Source: a virus. From it: 64,000 nt of DNA. Within the stretch, counting starts at the first letter, position 1. The number at the start of each line of letters is the position of its first letter. This document shows, one piece after another, positions 28,301 through 35,367 of this stretch. A program made the position numbers and the translations under genes. The notes under the pieces are model-generated. The model was not told the DNA's origin. It was given only the letters and a program-made list of their open reading frames with translations, and searched no databases. The DNA lies in the IMG/VR virus record IMGVR_UViG_3300027749_000046; one strand, given 5' to 3'.

Positions 28301-28904
28301 CTACGTTTAAGTTGGCACTCGTGATGTTGATTGTGTTTGTGGATGTGGAAGATCCACCGATGATGTAGAATCCAGAAGAGTTGCTTAATAAACGAGTATC
28401 ATAGTCATCAGCTAGAGGGGTCTTAAAGTCGATGTATCCGCCGTTCGATCCGCCGATCTCAATTCTACCTTGATTGTTCGAGTCGTTAGTTATGATAACT
28501 TGGCCATTAACGGTGGAGTTCGCCGAGTAAACAGAGATGCTCGTTGAGTTCATCGTCACGTTGGCGATGCTGTTGCCTATCGTAGCTCCAAAAGTGGTGA
28601 TCTGAACGTTCGCGCCGACATTTGCAGATGTACTAGCGTATATGGTACCAGTGTTGGTCTGGTTTGTGATGTTAAGCGCCGATACGGCAGCCAGCTGTGT
28701 AACGTTGAGGTTGCCGGTGTTAGTAGTAGCGGTGACCGTGAGGTTCGAGGCAAGAGCGACATTGCCAGATACGTTCGCTGTTCCAACTACTGAGAAAGTT
28801 GCGTCTGGGGAAGCCGTATTGACACCAACTTTGCCGGCTGTAGCTACAATTAGACTGGTGTTTACTATGATGCCGTTCTTAACGACAAAGTCTTTATCAG
28901 ACAT
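25308..28904 (-). CDS. Long tail-fibre-like protein (1198 aa)
   Basis: MSDKDFVVKNG start, repeated VGIGNSAP.xKL.V.G modules, N/S/T/G/A/V-rich, internal tandem duplications. Confidence 0.8.
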   Translation of the reverse strand: MSDKDFVVKNGIIVNTSLIVATAGKVGVNTASPDATFSVVGTANVSGNVALASNLTVTATTNTGNLNVTQLAAVSALNITNQTNTGTIYASTSANVGANVQITTFGATIGNSIANVTMNSTSISVYSANSTVNGQVIITNDSNNQGRIEIGGSNGGYIDFKTPLADDYDTRLLSNSSGFYIIGGSSTSTNTINITSANLNVAGNTLFVDSVNSRVGIGNSAPADKLRVEGNISASGNGAFGNINATANLNATAVNVNTVIATNVNATNISGNLVGNVTASTITGNLTGILIGNVSATVVNASANVYTNTVIATNVNATNISGNLVGNVTATTITGNLTGNVAATTITGNLTGNVTSLTISTNNITTNSFNATGASANITGTLRVGGDLIVTGAITYTGTGTGDIIPSTNAYALGNSTSRWTVFGSSGNFSNGITVAGPNSSFNTSLLFVDTTNSRVGVSNTTPGSKLTVAGIIESTTGGVKFPDGTTMTSTTLFSAGGSNTQVQYNSSGSFGGDAAFTFNSANKNLTLSNNISANTVLANPGTAGSPSYSFAANSDTGMYNPANGQLSLVSGGIIRQTMSSTGTVFAGNITAANAYVNNITSNSLSVTGDATISGNLTILGTTLTVNTQNLIVNDNIIELGLNNTNTDVVDTGFFSPAGNSTVTWYSGVARIAASSSNSNPVYRIFGTKNNPNTSSTIDTTSANTTTGSLQAFLQPYGSLGAFVVNSTSISISANSTVPGSIAANSITISNSTVTILNSTSYSGTSNNTTYLNGQLASYYSNATNITTGTLPNGQLTGSYTGITGTGALASGSLATGFTAVGFAQGGTSATTRQAALNALAGGATAAYYLRGDGTNIALTSLQAADVNTAINSSNISVAGVNSASYTVGTVLTISNTSISYAGNTTTLPTVTISNTGSLSIGNSTTTQTTSIINIANSAGNVQITPGGNSTVASILATGSVNAYSYTVGTSTVANSTGVYTGVVNATTINSASYTVGTSTVVNSAGVYTGVVNATSVNSATITAGSTTAAVIAISGLSNSSVGVYGQSNSSYGVQGIGGVNGGGGGGIYGISNTGYGLYAQSNTGIVALFANATATFAGIYANGNIGIGNSAPASKLTVAGQLEFTASGIKFSDGSTMTTNPGIGTGTGAGSDTNFFISGKTVNTNYTAQTAYNYMSAGPITLNADVTIQTGSRWVIV
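25861..26012. repeat. Intragenic direct repeat, 2 x about 68 bp, 84-bp period
   Basis: 25861-25928 vs 25945-26012, about 4 mismatches; encodes SYTVGTSTV(A/V)NSxGVYTGVVNAT twice. Confidence 0.85.
27892..28137. repeat. Intragenic direct repeat, 2 x 93 bp, 153-bp period
   Basis: 27892-27984 vs 28045-28137, one mismatch; encodes NTVIATNVNATNISGNLVGNVTAxTITGNLT twice. Confidence 0.9.
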
Positions 28905-28938
28905 ACTGGTTCCCTTTCCCCAGGATTATTTTAATTAT

Positions 28939-29355
28939 TTATACGATGACTATCCTCGTACCGCTTGTTACTGTGAGAGTAAAGCCGGTATTTACCGTAT
29001 AGGGACCCGCTATTATAGTGTTGACGTTTGCGGGCGTGGTGTAGCTGTAGAGCAAGTTCTGTGGGTTCTGAAATCCAAGCGAAGAGAAAGTAGATACGGA
29101 GTTCATAGTGCTGTTGACGGTGGAGTTACCTATCGTCATGTTCTGCTGGTCGTTATTCCAGACAAAGTTGGTATTACCGTTCATATTTCCAGAGCTGTTG
29201 AACTGTATGCTCGTGTTAGAGCCACCAGCAGTCTGATAAGGACCGGTTGCAACCGCCCAGTAGCTGTAGTTGTTTATGTAGACGTAGGTGAGACCGGACG
29301 TGGCATCGCTGAATACTTGACCATTTGCTGGTGATGATGGGAAGTCTAAAGCCAT
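28939..29355 (-). CDS. Small fibre adaptor-like protein
   Basis: MALDFPSSPANGQ start; C-terminus AGPYTV...SGTRIVIV resembles the 1198-aa C-terminus (AGPITL...GSRWVIV). Confidence 0.7.
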   Translation of the reverse strand: MALDFPSSPANGQVFSDATSGLTYVYINNYSYWAVATGPYQTAGGSNTSIQFNSSGNMNGNTNFVWNNDQQNMTIGNSTVNSTMNSVSTFSSLGFQNPQNLLYSYTTPANVNTIIAGPYTVNTGFTLTVTSGTRIVIV

Positions 29356-29356
29356 C

Positions 29357-31042
29357 TTATACTCCTATCGCCTGCCACTGACAGAGATTCGTCGCGGCAA
29401 CAGCCTGTGAGCTTCTTACCTGCAGAACAGTCGTGTTAGCACCCGCGGCATATCCATAGAAGCCCGTTAGTCCAGAAGTAACCGACCAGTTGTATATAGT
29501 GGTGAATGCTGTGGAGAACGTGATGTTGCCCACAGAAGTATTAGCCAGTATGTTACCCCACTGCATCAGCAGTCCATTTGGAAGACGCGTGTAACCGTTG
29601 TTAGCTACGATAGATGAAGTACCAAGGGTAAATGTGTTTGTCTGCACGGTCGCGTTGGTTGATATCTGTAGCGGAACTGCTATGTTAAGGTTACTGGTGT
29701 TGTTGTTACCGAATACAGACCAAATTGCTCTCTGCTGGTTCAGCGTGTTAGTTGAGTAGAACACAAAGTTATCGTCGTTCTGCTGTATGAAGTATACGTT
29801 AGATCCACCAGCCACAGGCGTGAATGTTAATTTCTGATTATTAAGAGTAGAAGAGAAGCCTGCATTAGAGAACACGCCGCTTGAGTTCGCCACTATACCG
29901 GTACCTACAGTATGTGATGCAGCATTGATAGAGCCAGTTGTAGTTATAGCATTGTATGTTATATTACTAAAAACAGTAGAGTTGCCGACGGCAATAGCAG
30001 TGGTGTTGATAAGTGATCCACCAACGGTGCTAGCGTTGGCGTATGTACCAACTTGAATATTAGCAGAAGCATTAACGACAGAAGATACGACGTTGCCGGT
30101 AAGAATACCGGTTACGTTTGCTGTAACAGTCGTCGTGGTAATTGCCGTCGAGTTTACTACAGAGTTTACTGTTGAGTTACCGACGTTGAACGATGCAGCC
30201 ACCGCGTTCGCAGCCAAGACTATACCATATGGGTTGATGGTCAAGTTAGCGCTGCTGTTCGCTATATACACGGAGCTCGAGTTCATGGTGGCATTACCAG
30301 CCGAGTTCTGAACTGAGACGTAGCTCGCGCCGTTGCCGACAAGTATCAAGCTGAACGGGTTGATCGATGCATTTCCTATTGTGTTGCCAACGTATACTGT
30401 AGTGGCGTTAGCCAGCATGGTAGTCCCGACTGTATAAGATGTGGCATTCACGGTGCTGACGTTTACGGTCGTAGTGTTAATAGTCGTCGCGCCGACGTTT
30501 AGTACGGCGGTCGTCTTATTGAAAGTGAGAGAAGCCGATCCGTTAGAGTAGCCAGAATCGCTGAACTGGATGTACGTATTACCGCCTTTGGCAGCCAAAG
30601 TACCGCCACCAATCGCTGCCTCTACCCACTGATTAGACGTGCCGTCTGTGTAGTAAACAAGCGCTTTACCGATGTCGCTATTCCAGTACATCTGACCGTT
30701 CTGTGGTGAAGTTGGAAGAGTATTCTGCACCGCCACTACAGTAGTTGTAGTACCCCAGTAAGTACTCGTGCCGTTGGATACAAGAGCGTATCCAGAAGTA
30801 CCATTACTTCCGTTTGCAGACAAAGTCTTTATGGTGATGGTATTACTAACATTGACGTTGGTGTTGTTCGCACCGATCTCTATGAGAAGAGTGCCGTCCG
30901 ACGTGTACAAGATCCTGTCGGTCATATTCAGCGCGAGCTCACCCGCGTTTATGTACTGACTATTAGAAGAGTTAGTAGTATTAGGAGTCCTACCAGAGGT
31001 ACTACTTCTCTTCACTTGAATTATGTTACTGCCTACGGCCAT
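29357..31042 (-). CDS. Tail fibre protein with gp36/gp37-like N-terminus
   Basis: IQVKRSSTSGRTP...GELALNMTDRILYT resembles the T4 gp37 N-terminal IQFKRS...GELAINLKDRTIFT motif. Confidence 0.75.
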   Translation of the reverse strand: MAVGSNIIQVKRSSTSGRTPNTTNSSNSQYINAGELALNMTDRILYTSDGTLLIEIGANNTNVNVSNTITIKTLSANGSNGTSGYALVSNGTSTYWGTTTTVVAVQNTLPTSPQNGQMYWNSDIGKALVYYTDGTSNQWVEAAIGGGTLAAKGGNTYIQFSDSGYSNGSASLTFNKTTAVLNVGATTINTTTVNVSTVNATSYTVGTTMLANATTVYVGNTIGNASINPFSLILVGNGASYVSVQNSAGNATMNSSSVYIANSSANLTINPYGIVLAANAVAASFNVGNSTVNSVVNSTAITTTTVTANVTGILTGNVVSSVVNASANIQVGTYANASTVGGSLINTTAIAVGNSTVFSNITYNAITTTGSINAASHTVGTGIVANSSGVFSNAGFSSTLNNQKLTFTPVAGGSNVYFIQQNDDNFVFYSTNTLNQQRAIWSVFGNNNTSNLNIAVPLQISTNATVQTNTFTLGTSSIVANNGYTRLPNGLLMQWGNILANTSVGNITFSTAFTTIYNWSVTSGLTGFYGYAAGANTTVLQVRSSQAVAATNLCQWQAIGV

Positions 31043-31074
31043 GTGGCATTCCTTCTATCGGTATATACCGAGGA

Positions 31075-31290
31075 TTAAAAGTCGCTATCTTTGGTCTTCA
31101 CTATCTTCTTATTATGAAGAGTTTCAAACTTAGATAGCTTCTCAGATAGTTCTTCAATTATCTTTATGTCGTCAGCAATCTTCTTCTGCATGATCTCAAT
31201 GTGTGTCTGATACAGAAGCTCAGCCCTTACATGCTCGTCTATCTTCTTAGCCATCTTCTCAATATAAGCATTGATAAATTCTTGGTCCAT
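31075..31290 (-). CDS. Small coiled-coil hypothetical protein (possible fibre chaperone)
   Basis: 71 aa, charged and helical, SD GAGG; sits between fibre genes. Confidence 0.7.
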   Translation of the reverse strand: MDQEFINAYIEKMAKKIDEHVRAELLYQTHIEIMQKKIADDIKIIEELSEKLSKFETLHNKKIVKTKDSDF

Positions 31291-31310
31291 AGTTAATCCT
31301 CACTTTTTAG

Positions 31311-31339
31311 TTGACAAATTACAAATAGCTTGTTATAAT
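31311..31339 (+). promoter_or_regulatory. Perfect sigma70 promoter, antisense to the late fibre operon
   Basis: TTGACA (31311-31316), 17-nt spacer ending in TGT, TATAAT (31334-31339); includes the extended -10 TG. Confidence 0.7.
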
Positions 31340-31351
31340 AGATTTATATCT

Positions 31352-33883
31352 TTAGAATGCACCACCGTCGAGTGAGCCGTAGGCAGGAAGGTTGTTGGTA
31401 ACCTGTAGTACCTGACCATTTGATCCAATACCAAGCTTAGATAAAGCAGTAGTTCCTGATGCGTAGAGCACGTCACCTATTGTGTACGACGTCTGACCAG
31501 TACCACCAGATCCAGCAACGAGACCTGTTGTCAGAGTCAAGCTGTTAGCAGTGAAGTTGACGTTGACTGTGCTGTTTGCTGTTATTGTAACCGCCAGTGA
31601 GTTGGCTACAAATGCGCCTGAAAGCCCGTATGGAAGGAGGTAAGCTTGGAGAGATCCTATGGTATAAGCCGTAGCTGTATTATCTACGATTGTCGTAGGC
31701 TCTGTATTCGAAGCAAAGATCTTGTACAGTGGATTTGTATTAGAAGACCCACTGTGATCTCTGTAAAAACCACTGTACAGAGTAGTACCAGTATTACCAA
31801 ACGAGCCGTAGAAGCCAATGTCGTAAACATCAGTGAACGTCGTGGTAGAAGCTTCCGAGTCTGCAAGCTTGATCATAGGATCTTTTACTTGCAGCGAAGT
31901 AGTGTCGATGGTAGTTAAAGTTCCCTGAACAGTCAAGTTACCAGAGATTGTAGCATCGCGCACTCGAAGCAGAGAAGACGTCATGTCGACATTTGCGCCT
32001 GTGATGGATACGCTGCCGCCTAGAGTAGTGCTGCCATTTACAGAGAGCTTATCTGCGGGAGCGCTGTTACCTATTCCAAAGTTACCATTTGATACGTGGA
32101 ATGCGGCAGTTCCAATAGTCACAGTATTCGTACTAGAAGTTAAGTTTGCAGCTGATAGCGCATTATTAACAATTAATGAGTTAGCTGTTAATGCGCCTTC
32201 AACACGAAGTTTATCTGTAGGCGCACTGTTACCTATGCCAACGTTGCCGTTAGATACAAAGTAAGAGCCCGTGCCGATTGTTACTGTGTTTGTCTGAACA
32301 TATAATGAAGCAGCATTTACGACAGTTGAGTTAGCGCTAAAGCTAGTTGAGTTCACACCGCTGGTGTTTACTGATGTAGCACCAATAGTTAATGCGATTG
32401 ATGTGAGGTTTGCGATGGTAGTCGAGTTTGCGACTTGAACTTGAGTGCCTGAGATATTCGTATTAACGGTCGTGTTAGTTCCAACAACAAGCTGAGTGGT
32501 GCTCAAGAATACGTTGCTGCTTGGACCTACTGCCGTGCTATTTACGTATGCGGTGCCTATTACTAGGTTTGCCGCAGAGAGATTAGCAGTAGAAGTAGAG
32601 TTGGTAACTTGAAACAACGTGTTGTTTACTGTGGCGTTTGTACCAAGAAAAAGAGTATTCGCTAAAGTTACGTTGTTTGTTGCCTTCGCGAATGTAAAGC
32701 CAGCTGCACCAGCGAGAGTACCACCGTCGTTGTACTGCATCTGAGTTGTACTGCCGGCAACCGTTGCGGCTGCCGAAGACCAGTATACAGTTCCCGTGCT
32801 ACCGCCCGATGCGAGTACCTGACCTGCAGTGCCTATAGTTCCGTTTGTCTGTATTGTATTACCGGAAAGAACTAAGTTGGCAGCAAGCGTAGTACTACCA
32901 CCAATGTACATCGCTCCGGATACGTTCGCGGTGCCAGTTACTTGGAGCTTTGCATTAGGGTTTGTGTTGCCTATACCGACGTTTGCTCCCGCATCGATGC
33001 GCATCACCTCATTTGTAGCGAGGGTACCGTTGGCAAAGAACTGAATTGACTTGGCTGAGGCCGTACCGATAGCCATGGTGCCATTGGCAGCATAAAGATA
33101 TCCATCGTCTGCGCCGTTGATCGTCCACGTGGTATTTGACCATCCAGAGCCGTTGATACCAAGATCGACGTAGTTAGTGGTGTCGGTGTAGTTGTCCGCA
33201 TTTATAATATAATCAGCAGAAGAAGAAGGTCCGGTGTTACTGTTGGTGAGCTGCACCTGTGCGTAGTTGTTAGCGTTTCCGTGCCAGTGCTGAAGCTGCT
33301 GGCCGCCGCCGGTTACATATCCCAACTGCACGTTGACGGAAGAATTACCAACCGTAATAGCGCCGGTTATGTAGTCGTAATTAAAGTTAGAGGCACCGGT
33401 GTTTATACCGCTGTTATTGAACAAGAAGTTGCCGTTCGCTCCAACCGCGGCACCTGTTCTACCGGCGACGTATGTGACGATAGAAGCAGAAGTGACGATC
33501 TCATTGCCTGTGCCGCCACCAGAAGTATTACTTCCTATAACAGACGAGTTAGCAAAGCTAGATACGGAGTTGATGAGAGGCGCAGTTATTGTACCAGAAG
33601 AAGTTGTCTGAATAACAAGACCCTGCGTGTACACGCTTGAGTTAAACGAGTTTGAATCGAGTATGACCACCGCGTTTGCGGTCTGGACACCTGGATTTCC
33701 TGCGTTATCTAGGTAGCCGTACTTAGAACCGCCGATCTTTAAAGCGGTTGCGCCTATACCTGTCTGAGCTCCTATGAAGAAGCTGTTAGATGCGTAAGAG
33801 TAAGCCAGCTCACCAGCGTTTAGCGTAGTTGTAGGAGTAGAAGTACTACTACTTCTTTTTATCTGAATAAGATTATTGGCCAT
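31352..33883 (-). CDS. Tail fibre protein (843 aa)
   Basis: IQIKRS...GELAYS N-terminus, VGIGN..P..KL.V modules, C-terminal LDGGAF. Confidence 0.8.
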   Translation of the reverse strand: MANNLIQIKRSSSTSTPTTTLNAGELAYSYASNSFFIGAQTGIGATALKIGGSKYGYLDNAGNPGVQTANAVVILDSNSFNSSVYTQGLVIQTTSSGTITAPLINSVSSFANSSVIGSNTSGGGTGNEIVTSASIVTYVAGRTGAAVGANGNFLFNNSGINTGASNFNYDYITGAITVGNSSVNVQLGYVTGGGQQLQHWHGNANNYAQVQLTNSNTGPSSSADYIINADNYTDTTNYVDLGINGSGWSNTTWTINGADDGYLYAANGTMAIGTASAKSIQFFANGTLATNEVMRIDAGANVGIGNTNPNAKLQVTGTANVSGAMYIGGSTTLAANLVLSGNTIQTNGTIGTAGQVLASGGSTGTVYWSSAAATVAGSTTQMQYNDGGTLAGAAGFTFAKATNNVTLANTLFLGTNATVNNTLFQVTNSTSTANLSAANLVIGTAYVNSTAVGPSSNVFLSTTQLVVGTNTTVNTNISGTQVQVANSTTIANLTSIALTIGATSVNTSGVNSTSFSANSTVVNAASLYVQTNTVTIGTGSYFVSNGNVGIGNSAPTDKLRVEGALTANSLIVNNALSAANLTSSTNTVTIGTAAFHVSNGNFGIGNSAPADKLSVNGSTTLGGSVSITGANVDMTSSLLRVRDATISGNLTVQGTLTTIDTTSLQVKDPMIKLADSEASTTTFTDVYDIGFYGSFGNTGTTLYSGFYRDHSGSSNTNPLYKIFASNTEPTTIVDNTATAYTIGSLQAYLLPYGLSGAFVANSLAVTITANSTVNVNFTANSLTLTTGLVAGSGGTGQTSYTIGDVLYASGTTALSKLGIGSNGQVLQVTNNLPAYGSLDGGAF

Positions 33884-33921
33884 CCTGGCGTTTCCTTTTT
33901 ATAGAACTTCTTATTATGACC

Positions 33922-33929
33922 TATTTATT
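33922..33929 (-). promoter_or_regulatory. Late promoter (AATAAATA) for the fibre genes
   Basis: In the intergenic gap upstream of 33883. Confidence 0.65.
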
Positions 33930-33941
33930 CCAAAAAACCAC

Positions 33942-34196
33942 TCAAAAAGTACCACCATCTATATTCACGACCGTTACCGGTAATATCTTTACGTCATACT
34001 TGTTCGTTGTTGAATTGTATACTAAAGTAGATCCATTGTCAGGATTGCTCTCTACTACATCTAGAAGATTATGAACGTAGTTCTGGCTGATTTGAACTGA
34101 CTTGAGAACGAGATCTGGATTAGACTGAGTTGAGGTCAGCGAGTACGTATTTGCCTTTATTATAGTCGGACGCTGTACGGTTACCGATATAGTCAT
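33942..34196 (-). CDS. Small fibre connector-like protein
   Basis: 84 aa; LLDV...NGSTLVYN and C-terminal IDGGTF. Confidence 0.7.
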   Translation of the reverse strand: MTISVTVQRPTIIKANTYSLTSTQSNPDLVLKSVQISQNYVHNLLDVVESNPDNGSTLVYNSTTNKYDVKILPVTVVNIDGGTF

Positions 34197-34522
34197 TATC
34201 TAGTTACCCTGGGAGTTACTGTGACTATACCCTCTACTACTCTCGATATCGTGTTGGCTGCATCCGTGAGGAAGATATCGTAGACGTATCTTCCAGACTC
34301 TAGATTAGAAGTCTGATTCGCTGTTAGAGCTAGAGTAACGGATCCATTGCTGATATTAGCGGTGAATACAACTGTGGCATTCGAGCTGCTGTACCACTTG
34401 CGAATCTGAGAGTTGGCTGTGTAGCCAACTGTATCTAATGGATCACCATTCTCATCTTTGAGATCGACAATGGTGTTGAATGTGGTACCTTGGTCTATTA
34501 CTATGTTAGCCTTCGTAGCCAT
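34196..34522 (-). CDS. Conserved T4-like virion structural protein (Ig-like adaptor)
   Basis: ANIVIDQGTTF...GYTANSQIRKWYSS...GRYVYDI...RVVEGIVTVTP. Confidence 0.8.
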   Translation of the reverse strand: MATKANIVIDQGTTFNTIVDLKDENGDPLDTVGYTANSQIRKWYSSSNATVVFTANISNGSVTLALTANQTSNLESGRYVYDIFLTDAANTISRVVEGIVTVTPRVTR

Positions 34523-34526
34523 ATTT

Positions 34527-35156
34527 TTACACCGATACTAGAGTCTTGCTTATAATGAGATTTGTGTTCGTAGAAGTTGGAGTGAATAGTATGTTTACGT
34601 TTCCTGAAGCTATATTAGCAGAGAACGTTCCAATGGTGTTGTTGCTCAGTAGAGTCGCGTACTCTGTCAAGTAGACATTACCACCGCTCTGTAGAACCAG
34701 TATCTCAGTCGTCTGGTAGTTATTGACTACGTTATCGTCCACGCTTATGACATACTTTCCAGATCTATAGGTGCTGGTGCTGAAAGTGTCGATAGATACA
34801 GTAGAAGTTCCTGTAGTTGCAACGTTAGAAGACGCCATGTAAGTTAGGCCTTGACCTATGGTCAGGCTACCGTTTACAGATACAGTGTTACCTGTAAAAT
34901 TCGTGTTTGATAGAACACTGATCGCGGCGTTTGTCTGTACATTTCCGCCCCTGATACTAGTTGCGGCGATGGTATTTGAGCTAAAGATTCCGCTGACAAA
35001 TGCATTGCCCGAGGTGAGATCGCCGTTTGCAGTAAGTCCCGCGGTAACGACCACTGTGGTCAGTGCTGAAATGGCGTTATTTGTCTTTGCTATCCATCCC
35101 GTGAAAGTATCAGATGAGACATTTACTGATGGGAGTACTGCTGTGTTAACTGCCAT
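34527..35156 (-). CDS. Virion structural / fibre attachment protein
   Basis: N-terminal DTFTGWIAKTN; C-terminal DTFSTSTYRSGKYVI...YQTTEILV...YLTEYA domain. Confidence 0.7.
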   Translation of the reverse strand: MAVNTAVLPSVNVSSDTFTGWIAKTNNAISALTTVVVTAGLTANGDLTSGNAFVSGIFSSNTIAATSIRGGNVQTNAAISVLSNTNFTGNTVSVNGSLTIGQGLTYMASSNVATTGTSTVSIDTFSTSTYRSGKYVISVDDNVVNNYQTTEILVLQSGGNVYLTEYATLLSNNTIGTFSANIASGNVNILFTPTSTNTNLIISKTLVSV

Positions 35157-35367
35157 TATTTACCGCCTGTGCTATTATTCTTAACATGTCTTTTATCTCA
35201 GAGACATCACCCTTTAGAGTATTCATCTCTGATCTTAGATTATTAAGCTCAACTGCCCTGTTTATCTGTTCTCTATACAATTTGAGCTCATCCATATTCA
35301 TATTTATAACGGCGTTTGTGCTCATATCTCGCATCAAACCTGGAACGTTAGTCTTAGCGTATTTCAT
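35146..35367 (-). CDS. Small conserved coiled-coil protein
   Basis: PGLMRDMSTNAVIN...EMNTLKGDVSEIKDML; the usual neighbour of DUF4815 genes in T4-like phages. Confidence 0.75.
   Translation of the reverse strand: MKYAKTNVPGLMRDMSTNAVINMNMDELKLYREQINRAVELNNLRSEMNTLKGDVSEIKDMLRIIAQAVNNGS

Noticed and set aside
27310-28368. 352-aa plus-strand ORF, and similar ones at 15372-16028, 28642-29334 and 51790-52440
   Set aside because: Antisense mirrors of low-complexity minus-strand genes, with no SD or recognisable domain
31646-32264. Plus-strand ORFs downstream of the antisense sigma70 promoter
   Set aside because: They start more than 300 bp from the promoter, lack clear SDs and look like antisense shadows of the fibre gene; not supported as genes
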